Source: Candidatus Latescibacterota bacterium
GTDB taxonomy: Bacteria; Latescibacterota; UBA2968
DNA length: 64,000 nucleotides
NCBI GenBank assembly: GCA_965116885.1
Contig: OZ220741.1
Location: forward strand, 960,001-1,024,000
Direction of reading: 5' to 3'
The translations under genes and the position numbers were made by a program. The notes under the pieces were generated by a model. It worked only from the letters and a program-made list of their open reading frames with translations, was not told the origin of the DNA and did no database searches. Below, piece after piece: positions 49,500 to 59,700 of the stretch; positions within the stretch are counted from its first letter, which is position 1; each line of letters begins with the position of its first letter.

Positions 49500-51146
49500 T
49501 CACACCACGCCATGCCCGTGGGCGCGTCGTTCTCGCCTGGGGCGAATCGGTGCTGCGCGCACCACATTTTCCGGATCGTAATCCAGCAACTTCAACCAAT
49601 CCTCTGTATTATCCGTCGGCGGGAAAATCTCATTTTCGCTATACTCCGTCTCAATCCCCGCGAGCAAATCGTCAAACCCAATCCCGTCTTCCGCGCCAGA
49701 AGCAATACACCGCTTAATCGCAATCTCCTTCGCACGCTGCGCAATAGACTCGAGAATGGCCCCACTACACAGATCTCCGCGACTCAACACTTCCTTCCGA
49801 CCGCTTCTAAGCGTCACCTCCAAAAAGCGCGTATCATCGCGCCTGGCATATATCTCTGCAATCGCGCGCGCCACCAGATCGTCAACTGCTGCCTGCACAT
49901 TGCCCTCATGCGCGTTCAACACATCTTCTGCAAGCGGCAAATCAGCCGTCAAATAAATACCCAAAATCTCGCGCGCCGCATCCATATCCGGTCGAATAAC
50001 CTTGATCTTGCGATCAATTCTCCCCGGACGCAAAATCGCTGGATCGATCAAATCGGGACGATTGGACGTCAAAATAATCACCACATCTTGCAGAGACTCG
50101 ATCCCATCCATCTCGGAACAAAACATCGGCACAACCGTATTTGAAATATTGTGCGACCGAATTGCCCGCCGCGTCCCCAAAACCGACTCTGCCTCGTCGA
50201 TAAACACCACCGGCAAAAACCCCTCGCGCCGCTTCTCCCGCGCCTGGGAGAAAATCTCGCGCACCTTGCGTTCGGACTCTCCCAACCACATATTCAAAAT
50301 CTCGGGACCCTTAATATGCATAAAGCACGCCTTGAGATTCAGGCCATCTTCCTGCACCTGCCGCTCCAGATTGTACGCCGTCGCCTTCCCAATCAGCGTC
50401 TTGCCGCACCCCGGCGGACCGTACAGCAAAAACCCCTTGGGCGTACTGTACTGAAACCGCTTAAACAACTCCGGATGCAACACCGGCATCTCAATCGTAT
50501 CTTTAATCGCCTGAATCGCATCCTGTTGTCCCCCGATCTTCTCCCACGGCAAATCGGGAACTTCCTCCAGATAAAAATCCTTAACCTCGGAATGCGGCAT
50601 CTTCTCCAGCGCCACGCGAAAATGCGGATCAATCCGCACCTCTTCGCCCGCCTTCAAAGCCTCGGCCTCCAGGTCTGCCCCTCGCAGCAAAACATGCGTC
50701 TGCGAACCGTGTTCTTGCCCCACCTGCAAACGCCCATCGTCCAGCACATCGACAATTTTGCCCACAGTCCCCGACGGAGACTCGCCCATATCGCCCACCA
50801 CGGCAAACGCCTCATTGACCAGCACGCGCGTACCCACCCTCAACCTGCGGTCATCCAGCCGCGAATCCACATTCGCATAATACTCCGCCCCGCCCACCGT
50901 AAGATACGCGATACCATTCTCGGGCGGTGCCAACAGCGTCCCCACCCGATTGGCCGGTGCCGTCACCTTCTCCAGCGCCCCTTCCAGTTCCACAATCGTG
51001 CGCCTCGCCTCCTCAAACGTAATCTCATCCTCCTGAAGTTGCCGGCGCAACTGGTACAACAGGGGCCGCCGTCTATCCGTCTCATCCATCGTCATCAAAA
51101 TCTGATCGATAATCGACAACGACTGAAACGTATGCTGCATATCCAC
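49500..51146 (-). CDS. arc: Proteasome-associated AAA+ ATPase (ARC/Mpa family)
   Basis: N-terminal coiled coil, OB region (VLVNEAF), LEEVPD..W..IGG, GPPGCGKT, IKGPEILN.W.GESER, FIDE, SNRPDLIDPAILRPGRID. Confidence 0.92.
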   Translation of the reverse strand: MDMQHTFQSLSIIDQILMTMDETDRRRPLLYQLRRQLQEDEITFEEARRTIVELEGALEKVTAPANRVGTLLAPPENGIAYLTVGGAEYYANVDSRLDDRRLRVGTRVLVNEAFAVVGDMGESPSGTVGKIVDVLDDGRLQVGQEHGSQTHVLLRGADLEAEALKAGEEVRIDPHFRVALEKMPHSEVKDFYLEEVPDLPWEKIGGQQDAIQAIKDTIEMPVLHPELFKRFQYSTPKGFLLYGPPGCGKTLIGKATAYNLERQVQEDGLNLKACFMHIKGPEILNMWLGESERKVREIFSQAREKRREGFLPVVFIDEAESVLGTRRAIRSHNISNTVVPMFCSEMDGIESLQDVVIILTSNRPDLIDPAILRPGRIDRKIKVIRPDMDAAREILGIYLTADLPLAEDVLNAHEGNVQAAVDDLVARAIAEIYARRDDTRFLEVTLRSGRKEVLSRGDLCSGAILESIAQRAKEIAIKRCIASGAEDGIGFDDLLAGIETEYSENEIFPPTDNTEDWLKLLDYDPENVVRAAPIRPRRERRAHGHGVV

Positions 51147-51224
51147 ATAGTCCTGAAGAAAATCTTCAGGTGACTTTCTCTGACGATCAGAATCATTGGT
51201 ATTGATAGCTGACCCCCTCTCTGT

Positions 51225-51376
51225 CTGGATCAGGATTTACAGGATTTAAGGATGGACAGGATAAAGGCAAAAGCAAAACCTCTGTCTGAATCAGGATTTA
51301 CAGGATTTAAGGATGAACAGGATGAAAGGCAAAAGCAAAACCTCTGGATCGCGGCTCAACCCCATGCCGCGATAAC
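51225..51376. repeat. Duplicated ~60-bp unit of 9-bp AGGAT-periodic repeats plus CTGGATCGCGGC hairpin
   Basis: ATCAGGATTTACAGGATTTAAGGATG(G/A)ACAGGAT..AAAGGCAAAAGCAAAACCTCTG twice; related copy at 37148-37185. Confidence 0.82.
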
Positions 51377-51401
51377 GGATACTATCATTCTTAATTCCTA
51401 A

Positions 51402-51430
51402 TTAATACCATATCTCAAAACCCGTGTCAA
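51402..51430 (-). promoter_or_regulatory. Candidate sigma70 promoter for the proteasome operon
   Basis: TTGACA-17 nt-TATTAA with TG before the -10. Confidence 0.5.
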
Positions 51431-51460
51431 GCTGTGAGACGGGCGAGGCATGCCTCGCCC

Positions 51461-52393
51461 CTACTCCTTCTCCAACTTCTCTAACTTGCGCTCCATATCA
51501 ATTTTAACCTCAGCGACAATATTGGCAATCGGATCCCTCTTCCCCGCTTTAATAACCACGGGCTTATTGATATCAAAATGCACCTTGTGCTCTATCACCA
51601 GCCCGCGCGTCGCATCGATCACCCAGGACCCTCCGCCTGTACCCTTCCCACTGTAATACAAAGAAGCGGCACTCACCTCAATCCATCCCGCGTACGCCAC
51701 CTCACTATCCTCATCAATAGACACCTCCACGCGCCCCTTCTCATTCTTAATACTCTTCACCTCATAAGTACTCTTGATTTTAATCTCCGAATCGCGTCCC
51801 AGCATATCCATACTCGCAAACGGACGCCAAAAAACGCGCTCACCCGTCCAGGTATCGCCCTTATTAACCGGTCCCTCTGGCAAAACCGGTGCAAACGCCG
51901 GCATCGCCCCCTGGTACATATCCGTAATCAAATCCTGTCGCTCCACGCGAAACGCGGGAAAATCTGGCTCGAACTTCTGCACCCTGCCCTCGGGCGTCAC
52001 CTGCCAGAAAAAAACCCTGTCATTAAACATATCAAACGTAAACGGATACTGTTCATACGTCTGCTTCTCACCCAAAAAAATCGCTGCACTCGCCCCCTTT
52101 TTAATCTCAGCGCGAACACCCATCACCCCTTCGGGAATGGTCCGCCCCGGCAATGCCTGCGGCACAACCACCTCTTCATGGCTGCGCCACTCATTATCTA
52201 TAATCACGCGAATATGCCCGCTCTGCATCACAATCTGCTCGCCCATATTGCTGTAATACTCCACCCGAAACTTGTGCTTATATCGCGCCTTGCGCCCTTC
52301 TGGGAATTTCAACGTCAACGCTGTGGGCTGTGCCCAACAATCGGCGGCAACACCGACGAGCAATCCGAGAACAACAGTTAATTTCCAATGCAT
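51461..52393 (-). CDS. Secreted hypothetical beta-rich protein
   Basis: Signal peptide MHWKLTVVLGLLVGVAADCWA; LPEGPV..GDTW, IDATRG; AGGAGG RBS. Confidence 0.75.
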   Translation of the reverse strand: MHWKLTVVLGLLVGVAADCWAQPTALTLKFPEGRKARYKHKFRVEYYSNMGEQIVMQSGHIRVIIDNEWRSHEEVVVPQALPGRTIPEGVMGVRAEIKKGASAAIFLGEKQTYEQYPFTFDMFNDRVFFWQVTPEGRVQKFEPDFPAFRVERQDLITDMYQGAMPAFAPVLPEGPVNKGDTWTGERVFWRPFASMDMLGRDSEIKIKSTYEVKSIKNEKGRVEVSIDEDSEVAYAGWIEVSAASLYYSGKGTGGGSWVIDATRGLVIEHKVHFDINKPVVIKAGKRDPIANIVAEVKIDMERKLEKLEKE

Positions 52394-52431
52394 AAGGACC
52401 TCCTGAATCACGGATAAACACGCATGAGATG

Positions 52432-52938
52432 CTAATCTATTTCGATTCTTTTAAGCACTTCTCGACACAGATCGGCTGATATCCAGATATCGTCATGAGC
52501 GATGATGATCTCCATCAGGGTATTGACTTCAAGAAGGGAAATCAAATTTTCGCGGTAAGCCTGAACAAGTACACCCAATGTCCCTTTGACCTTCAACCCG
52601 AGTTTTTTGGCCTCTTCTCTCGCCTTTAAATCATCGAGTAGAACCAGGCTATCTGCTTCTTGTGTACTGAGATAAATGACTTCCTTTTCTCCCGAATCCA
52701 AAGATAGTGAAGCGATCTCTAATGGCAAATCAGCTACATCCTCAACGATGAGTTGCTTTTGACGGATTGCTATTTCGGCCATCCTCGCATCAATGTGACC
52801 TTGTTTCCCCCCCGCGATAACGACCTCTCGATGAACCTTTGTAGAGATACTTACTTGTCCAAATAGTCGAAAAAGGATATCCAAAGCACCTGTTTTACCC
52901 AGTGCCATCAGAGGGCCAGAATTACAAAAAACCTTCAC
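52432..52938 (-). CDS. DUF3368 PIN-domain protein (toxin-like)
   Basis: NSGPLMAL, LDSGEKE.I, LLDDLKAR, GTLGVL. Confidence 0.88.
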   Translation of the reverse strand: MKVFCNSGPLMALGKTGALDILFRLFGQVSISTKVHREVVIAGGKQGHIDARMAEIAIRQKQLIVEDVADLPLEIASLSLDSGEKEVIYLSTQEADSLVLLDDLKAREEAKKLGLKVKGTLGVLVQAYRENLISLLEVNTLMEIIIAHDDIWISADLCREVLKRIEID

Positions 52939-53198
52939 TCCAGTTCTTCCTGAACCTGGGTTTTACTCCAGCGAGGTTGTATTCCAACGATCCGAGCCTG
53001 ATGTACCATCTCCTGCTCTGTTAGATCGGCGAGTTCTGCTGCTCTACCAATTGATACAAGCCCGCGCTGGTAGAGCAACAGGGCTTCCTGGATTTTGACC
53101 TGAGACAACCCGAGTAACAGAAGCTCTCCCAACCGGTCTTGATAGGCATCCAACTCCGCCATTTTTTGATCGGGAATTTCGACTATTGTTTTCGCCAT
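52935..53198 (-). CDS. UPF0175 family antitoxin-like protein
   Basis: LYQRGLVSIGRAAELA; overlaps the DUF3368 start. Confidence 0.82.
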   Translation of the reverse strand: MAKTIVEIPDQKMAELDAYQDRLGELLLLGLSQVKIQEALLLYQRGLVSIGRAAELADLTEQEMVHQARIVGIQPRWSKTQVQEELE

Positions 53199-53220
53199 CC
53201 GTAAGATCCTTATTCTCAAT

Positions 53221-54231
53221 TCACCGCCTTCGCGTGCGCTTCACCCGCACGGGACGCCCGTTTTTTTCTGCCGACTCCCATGCGGCTTCGGTCAACTGAA
53301 TCACGCGCAAACCGCACACTGGCGGAACCTGAACTTCATCGCGTCCCAAAATCGCATCCACAAAATTTTGATCTGGACTCACAAACCGCGAAGGCAAACT
53401 ATTCGCATCCACCTCTACCGGTGCGCTGCCACCGTATTTGCACGTCACCTTCCCATTGCGAGAATAAATCGCCCCCTTTGTGCCCCAAATCGTAATATCC
53501 TCCCACATCCCGGGACCCGGACCTGTCCCCACAACAGAAAAATTCGCCAACGCACCATTCTCAAACACAATCGACAGCGCCGAATTGATATCCACCTCTG
53601 TATCCAGATAATCCATAAACGCCGACACGCGCGTAGGCGCCTGATCCACCATCCACAGCACAATATCCAGCAAATGGCTCCCTGAATCATTCAACTGCCC
53701 CCCGCCCGACAGCGCGTGAACCTGTCGCCACTTCCCCTGTTGATTCTCGTACCAGTGTTGATCTTGCATCGCCTGAATAAACTGAACCTCTCCGATCTCC
53801 CCGGCCTGAATCTGATTCCGAATAAACCGAAACGTCGGCGCCAGATGCCGTTGATAAGACACCATCAAAACGCGATCCACCTCCTCTGCCTTATCCATCA
53901 CCTGAAACGCGTGATCAACCGTACACACCATCGGCTTCTCTGTCAGCACATGCAAACCCTTATCCAGACTGTCCATAATCTGTTCAAAATGCAACGTATG
54001 CGGCGTAGAAATCTCCGTCGCATCCATCTCCACACTGGCAAGCATCTCCTTGTGATCTGCAAACCTCGGCAACGCTTCTGCCTGCGGCACCCGCTCAAAC
54101 AACCGCGCAAAACTCGCCTCACTCGGATCTGCCAGCGCCACAACCTCCACATCCTGCATCTTCATCAACCGCCCGATGTGGCCGCCCATATTGCCACCGC
54201 ACCCGATCAAGCCCATTCGCACCTTCTCCAT
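53221..54231 (-). CDS. Gfo/Idh/MocA family oxidoreductase
   Basis: GLIGCGG, TPHTLH, HVLTEKPM, GGGQLNDSGSH.LD. Confidence 0.92.
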   Translation of the reverse strand: MEKVRMGLIGCGGNMGGHIGRLMKMQDVEVVALADPSEASFARLFERVPQAEALPRFADHKEMLASVEMDATEISTPHTLHFEQIMDSLDKGLHVLTEKPMVCTVDHAFQVMDKAEEVDRVLMVSYQRHLAPTFRFIRNQIQAGEIGEVQFIQAMQDQHWYENQQGKWRQVHALSGGGQLNDSGSHLLDIVLWMVDQAPTRVSAFMDYLDTEVDINSALSIVFENGALANFSVVGTGPGPGMWEDITIWGTKGAIYSRNGKVTCKYGGSAPVEVDANSLPSRFVSPDQNFVDAILGRDEVQVPPVCGLRVIQLTEAAWESAEKNGRPVRVKRTRRR

Positions 54232-54270
54232 TAAAATCTCCTTTATTTAGGTAAGAGATAAGAGGTGAAA

Positions 54271-54340
54271 GATCGCACGGGACGGCACGGGGGCCGTCCC
54301 CTACAACAACATGCCGCGATGACGCATGCCTCGTCCCTAC
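54271..54340. repeat. Composite REP element
   Basis: Near-identical to 17299-17367. Confidence 0.8.
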
Positions 54341-54409
54341 GGTCACGACACCTTCACACTTCAACCATCGTGCTCGAATATAGTTTCACATATATAATAC
54401 CGCAATAAC

Positions 54410-54448
54410 AAAAAAAGGCCACTGGACAAAATGTCCAATGACCTTTTT
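54410..54448 (-). terminator. Intrinsic terminator
   Basis: Imperfect AGGCCACTGGACA/TGTCCAATGACCT stem flanked by A and T runs. Confidence 0.55.
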
Positions 54449-54532
54449 AAATCGGCACCGTCCCAGGAATCGGCGCCATTCTCACGGGCGTAAAATTTTA
54501 CGCCCCAGCGGGCGGGCACAGGGGCACCGCCC

Positions 54533-56623
54533 CTACTTCAACAGCAGCATCTTCTGGATCGCGGTATTTGGACCCGCTTTGATCTTGGCGATATAAACGC
54601 CACTACCAACGCTGCGGCCCATAAAGTCCTTAGCATCCCACTGGACACTATAGCGACCCGCTGTATAATGCTGACTCACGAGTTGACGAATCTCCTGCCC
54701 AATCGCATCGTAAATGATGATTGATACATCTGCATCAGAAGGCAAATCGTAGGAAATCGTCGTCCTCGGGTTAAACGGATTGGGATAAACAGCCGACGCA
54801 AATTCTGTGGGCATAGTGAAACGCGCGCCCAACAGCACCTCAATCGGATTTGAACGGTTAATCGTCCCATCCAGATCAACCTGCTCGAGAACATAATAAA
54901 CGATCTCGGCAGCGGGAAGGCTGGTATCCTCAAACATATAATCCATCAACTGATCGGTCGTACCAGCACCAGCGATAAGCGCGCTAACCGCCTCGTAGTT
55001 CTCTCCATCCGTACTGCGAAGCACGCGGAAACCCGCATTATTGGTCTGCGAAGCCGTCGCCCAATTGAGCACCACGCGGTTTTCGACCACTGATCCGACA
55101 AACGACGACAACTCAATCGGCACCTGCTCGTCAAATTGAATGGTGACCTCAAGAGGTTCCATCATCCCATCCGCCGAGGCTGTCACCTTCACAACCGTAG
55201 AAACATAACCAGCGGCTGTCAAAGTCAGGACATTACCATCGACCGAATGTTCAAGCGTAGATTGTGGATCATCGCCCACACCATCTAACTGCTCCACAGT
55301 GAATGTAACCGCAGCCCCTTCGGGAAAGCGCACAGGCGTAACCGTAACCACCGCAGTGCCACCGCGCGGGATAGTAACGATGAGGCCAGGTGACACATCC
55401 AGATCCGGACCGTGGTTATACAACACCGGTGCGGGATTCATCAGCATCGACTCTTCGCCGGAAGCCAGAACGGCCCTAAACGACGAAACGCCAACTGAAA
55501 AAGGCACCACCTCGGCACCGGTCGTCAGCTTCAGCGTACCCAAAAAACCACCATTGGACAGCATCACGGCTTCTTCGGAACCGACATCGATCTGATTACC
55601 GGAAATACCCAGCAGCGTCAGACCCTCAGCAGGGTCAAAACCCGTAATCATCGCCGCAGAAGCCGGATCAACGACAAAAACAATACTCGCACCGCCGATA
55701 CCGCCAGCGACATCACCTGCAAACACCTCAATAGCGATATCTTCATTGGCACCAGCACTGCCCGAGAGCATGCCATCATCCATCATATTCATCATGTCCA
55801 TGCCCGCGATATCCAGCGCGGGAATGCGCTGCTCGACAAACTTGATGGTAACCGGACCGGCCGTAGCCATACCGTCACCTGCCGTCACCACCGCCGTTGC
55901 CGGGCCACTCGCCGTCAGCGTCAGTGTGGCACCGTCCTGCGCGGACGTAATATTATCCATCATTTCGCCCTGCACATCAAACGTAATCGTCGCATCGGCG
56001 GGGAAATTCACAGCCGTCAACGTCGTCGTACCCGTGCCACCCGGCGGCACTGGAACCGTCATAGACATATCCATCATATCCATCATAGACATGTCTGTTG
56101 TCTCCAACCTGGGAACAGCATTGAAAGACAAGGGCGCCATCATCGCCGTGGTAATATTATCCGTATCTGTAGGATTGGCAGCACCGGCCAGATTCATAAT
56201 ACTGACACCAACGGTAAATTCGGTACTCGCCATCAAACCCTCTACGGGCGACAGCGTAACAGTCCCGAAATAATCGTTGGTCAAAGTACCAGAAGGAACA
56301 GCACCAAAAGAAACCGTGCTCGCCGTTGTACCCAGAGCAAAAAATCCCGTAGCAGGAGCCGCGCTTGTAACCGTCAGCTTATCCGTATCAAAAGTCACCA
56401 CACCACCGACAATAGGACCTGCCAACCCGGAAATAAATATCTCAACGACAACATCGGTACCCGCAACTGCAGTACCCGATGTATTGCCATCATTCATTTT
56501 ATTGTCACTGGCATCAATATCAACGCCTACAACAGCGTTGGCATTGGGGCCCGCAGAAGCTTGCCCCACAAAAGCCAGCAACGCAAGAGCAGTAAAAAAT
56601 AACAAGCCTTTTTTCAAGAACAT
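54533..56623 (-). CDS. Secreted/surface protein with cohesin-like and Ig-like domains and C-terminal FlgD-Ig (T9SS type A-like) sorting domain
   Basis: Signal peptide; PIELSSF..W.TAS..NNAGF module; YPNPFNP.T.I.Y.L..WD......VGSGVY..KMLLLK. Confidence 0.85.
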   Translation of the reverse strand: MFLKKGLLFFTALALLAFVGQASAGPNANAVVGVDIDASDNKMNDGNTSGTAVAGTDVVVEIFISGLAGPIVGGVVTFDTDKLTVTSAAPATGFFALGTTASTVSFGAVPSGTLTNDYFGTVTLSPVEGLMASTEFTVGVSIMNLAGAANPTDTDNITTAMMAPLSFNAVPRLETTDMSMMDMMDMSMTVPVPPGGTGTTTLTAVNFPADATITFDVQGEMMDNITSAQDGATLTLTASGPATAVVTAGDGMATAGPVTIKFVEQRIPALDIAGMDMMNMMDDGMLSGSAGANEDIAIEVFAGDVAGGIGGASIVFVVDPASAAMITGFDPAEGLTLLGISGNQIDVGSEEAVMLSNGGFLGTLKLTTGAEVVPFSVGVSSFRAVLASGEESMLMNPAPVLYNHGPDLDVSPGLIVTIPRGGTAVVTVTPVRFPEGAAVTFTVEQLDGVGDDPQSTLEHSVDGNVLTLTAAGYVSTVVKVTASADGMMEPLEVTIQFDEQVPIELSSFVGSVVENRVVLNWATASQTNNAGFRVLRSTDGENYEAVSALIAGAGTTDQLMDYMFEDTSLPAAEIVYYVLEQVDLDGTINRSNPIEVLLGARFTMPTEFASAVYPNPFNPRTTISYDLPSDADVSIIIYDAIGQEIRQLVSQHYTAGRYSVQWDAKDFMGRSVGSGVYIAKIKAGPNTAIQKMLLLK

Positions 56624-56677
56624 TTGCAAAACTCCTTCGCTGAAAACTACTCCATGTAAGTTCTGAGGGGAAATAGG

Positions 56678-56705
56678 TAGGGGGCGAAAGATTTTTCGCC
56701 CCTAC
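56678..56705. repeat. Self-complementary GTAG REP
   Basis: GTAGGGGGCGAAAGATTTTTCGCCCCTAC; equivalent at 60444-60471. Confidence 0.8.
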
Positions 56706-56714
56706 CAAAACGAA

Positions 56715-59700
56715 TTACTTGAGCAGCATCAGCTTCCGCACATCCTGGAACTTCCCTGCCGAAATCTGGTAGAAATAAATCCCACTCGAAACCGGCACCC
56801 CGCGATCATCCATACCGTCCCAACGGACTTGATAGCGACCGACCAACTGCGGTTCAGAAACCATAAGCGTCCGAACCACCTGACCCACCACATTGTAAAT
56901 CTGGAGCGTCACGTCGGCAGACTCGGCCAATTCATAACCGATCGTTGTTTCGGGGTTAAACGGATTGGGGAAATTCTGGAGCAGTGCAAACTCTGTAGGC
57001 GTCGTCTGAATATCCAGCACACCGCCGGCCAATGGATTGGCGAGCTGACTCGGATCAAACACCAGGCCGTCGGCAATCTCAAACCGCGCATTATCTTCAA
57101 AATCGCGCAACACGCGGAACACCAACCGGACAACATCGCCATCGCCAGAAACCTCCGAGCCATTGACGATACTATTCATAACGTGAACCTGACCGGCCTC
57201 AGGCGATAAGCTCCTGAACAGCGGGGTCTCGCCACCTGTGGACTTCAGCAAATCCTCAGTAGCCGGCACCGCTTCTACATACTCGAACTTCTCAGCGTCG
57301 TAGTGCAGCACAAACCCATAACCCATCAGAGCCTGTACATTGGCCAGAGACACATCCACAAACATCGTCTCGCCAGCCACCACGCGATCACTGCCCAAAC
57401 GCAACAAGAACTCGGCATTCTCATTTACGCCAAGAACAGGCGTAACCAGAGACTTGCCAGCCGGACCTGTCGCTTCTTTGCCATAAGAGCCAAAGAACAG
57501 AATGAAGTCATCGAAATTGACCACCGTATCATCATTCAGGTCAGACTGAATAAAGACTCTCCATTCCTCGCGCGTCGAGGTGGCCTCACTCTTATTAAAC
57601 GCCATCGTAAAGGCCACAAAGTCTTCAAAGTCAACCAACAGCGGCGTCATAGCCCCGTACCTGCCGAGCTTCACGACAAAAACGGGATTGCCATCGGCAT
57701 CCACAAACAGCCTGCGCTTCGGTGCAAGCTCAACCACCAGAGGCGGTACAATCGACGTCATGTTGGTGCCGTCCATCACAACCACATCTATCAGCACCGC
57801 AGGCACGCCCTGATCAATCAGAGACTCGATCAAAACCTGGGGAACCGTTAAACCGGTCGAACCAGGAGGAAGAGCCCCGCCAACCAGTGCGGTGACATCA
57901 ATCGGCGGTGCTTCTGCACCGACGACACTCGCCATAACCTTGTAGCCCGTCACATGCGGAATCATAATCGCGTGACCGCGATACATCACAGCATCCATAC
58001 CGCCATCATCTGCGGACGCCGTCCAGGTAATAACCCCGGTATCCGGATCGGCAGCAACATCGGTCACAGCAGCAGGCGCTGTATCATCAATCGCAGCCGC
58101 CATACCTTCCGATGCCGTAATCGGAGACGAAACAATGGGACTAAGATGTCCACCCGTGCGGATATTCTGCGGAACAGCCACATTGCCACCGATCAAAACA
58201 CTCAAATCGGGATCCAGCGCCGCAAACACCACATTCTGCCTGCCGCCAGTAAGCGAATTAATATAATCAGCAGAAGGCATCAGCATCTCGACAAGCTCAT
58301 CCTCGGTGACAACCCGATTGGGATCCATACCCAGGAACTGAACCAACTGTTGCATGCTCTCCTTGGAGAACACGCGCTTGCCAGCAGGCGTAGGCTCATT
58401 CGAATCCATACCCTTCTCAGCAGCAACGCCCCAACGCGTCGCATTGGCATCCGTCACCGGAACAACCGCGCGCGTCATACCTTCTTCATCATCATTATCC
58501 ATCGCATCGATAACAGCCCAGGGAACCCACTTCGCCATTGGCGTATCGGTCGTCACCACATTGCCATCGGCATCCATCGCGGTATTCACCATCATCTCGC
58601 GATACACGCGATACTGACTCACATCAGCGTGATTCGCCGAATTGGCAAAACTCACCATCACATAGTGACCGTTATCCCCTTCCTGATCCTGCACAACCAC
58701 ACTCGCAGGTGCAGCGGGCAACACTTGCGTAAACGACACCTCAACCGCAGACGTCGTAACGCCAGCGCCAGAAGCCGTCACCGACACACTAACCGTGCCC
58801 GTAGCCTTCAGCGTCAGAACATTGCCGTCTGCCGACGCTGTAAGATAAGGATGGTCCGCCGGATCGACATTAAACGTAATCTCGGCACCTTCGGGGAAAC
58901 CCGTTGCAACGACCATTGCCATTGCAGTGCCAACCTCAGTCTGCGGAACCATAACCTCAGCCGCATCTGAACCAACAGTGGGCATCGCCCGGAACAGAAT
59001 ACTAATCGCCTCGGTCATCATCCCACCGGCAGAGGCCGTCACCGACACCATCGCAGACCCCTCACCGCTCGCCGTAATCGTCACCATATCACCATCGGTA
59101 TCGGAGGCAATCGAAGCGGTACCGGAAGTCTTGCTTATCGCATAAGTAACGACACCCTCCAGACCCACTGCCGTAACCGTCACCGACTTCATCCCACCCT
59201 CGGGAATAATCACATCCGTCGCATCCGCCTTCACATAAGGATCGGGATTCGAGAACGTAATCGTTATCGAAGCAGACGACATACCATCGGAAGCCATCAC
59301 CGTCACATCGCCGGGCGTCTCCGCCGTAAGCGTCAAAACGGCACCATCTTCCATAGCCTGAAAATCGGCAGTCGCTTCATAAGAAAACTTGATCACTGCA
59401 TCTTCGGGAAAATCGACAGCCGTCACCATCACGGTAGCCGGAACACCAAAATCATCAAACTCAACCTCGGTGCTCTCCGTCTCCAGCATGGGTACCGGAC
59501 CACCGCTGACCATCACAGCATCGCCAGCAGCAGCCATAGCCCGCATCCCTGCAGGCGTAAACACATTAACCGAAGCATTAATGGAAACCATCGCCCCATC
59601 GTAAGCAGGACTTAGGGTCAACGTCACAGTGCCAAAACTGCCATCTGTCAGCATCGTAGGCGCGCCAATAAGCGTAAGACTCATACCGACAATGCCGTCC

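Noticed and set aside
48086..51173. Long + strand ORFs (467, 228, 340 aa)
   Set aside because: Antisense shadows of dop and arc produced by codon bias
57954..58970. 338-aa + strand ORF
   Set aside because: Antisense shadow of the 56715..60413 surface protein
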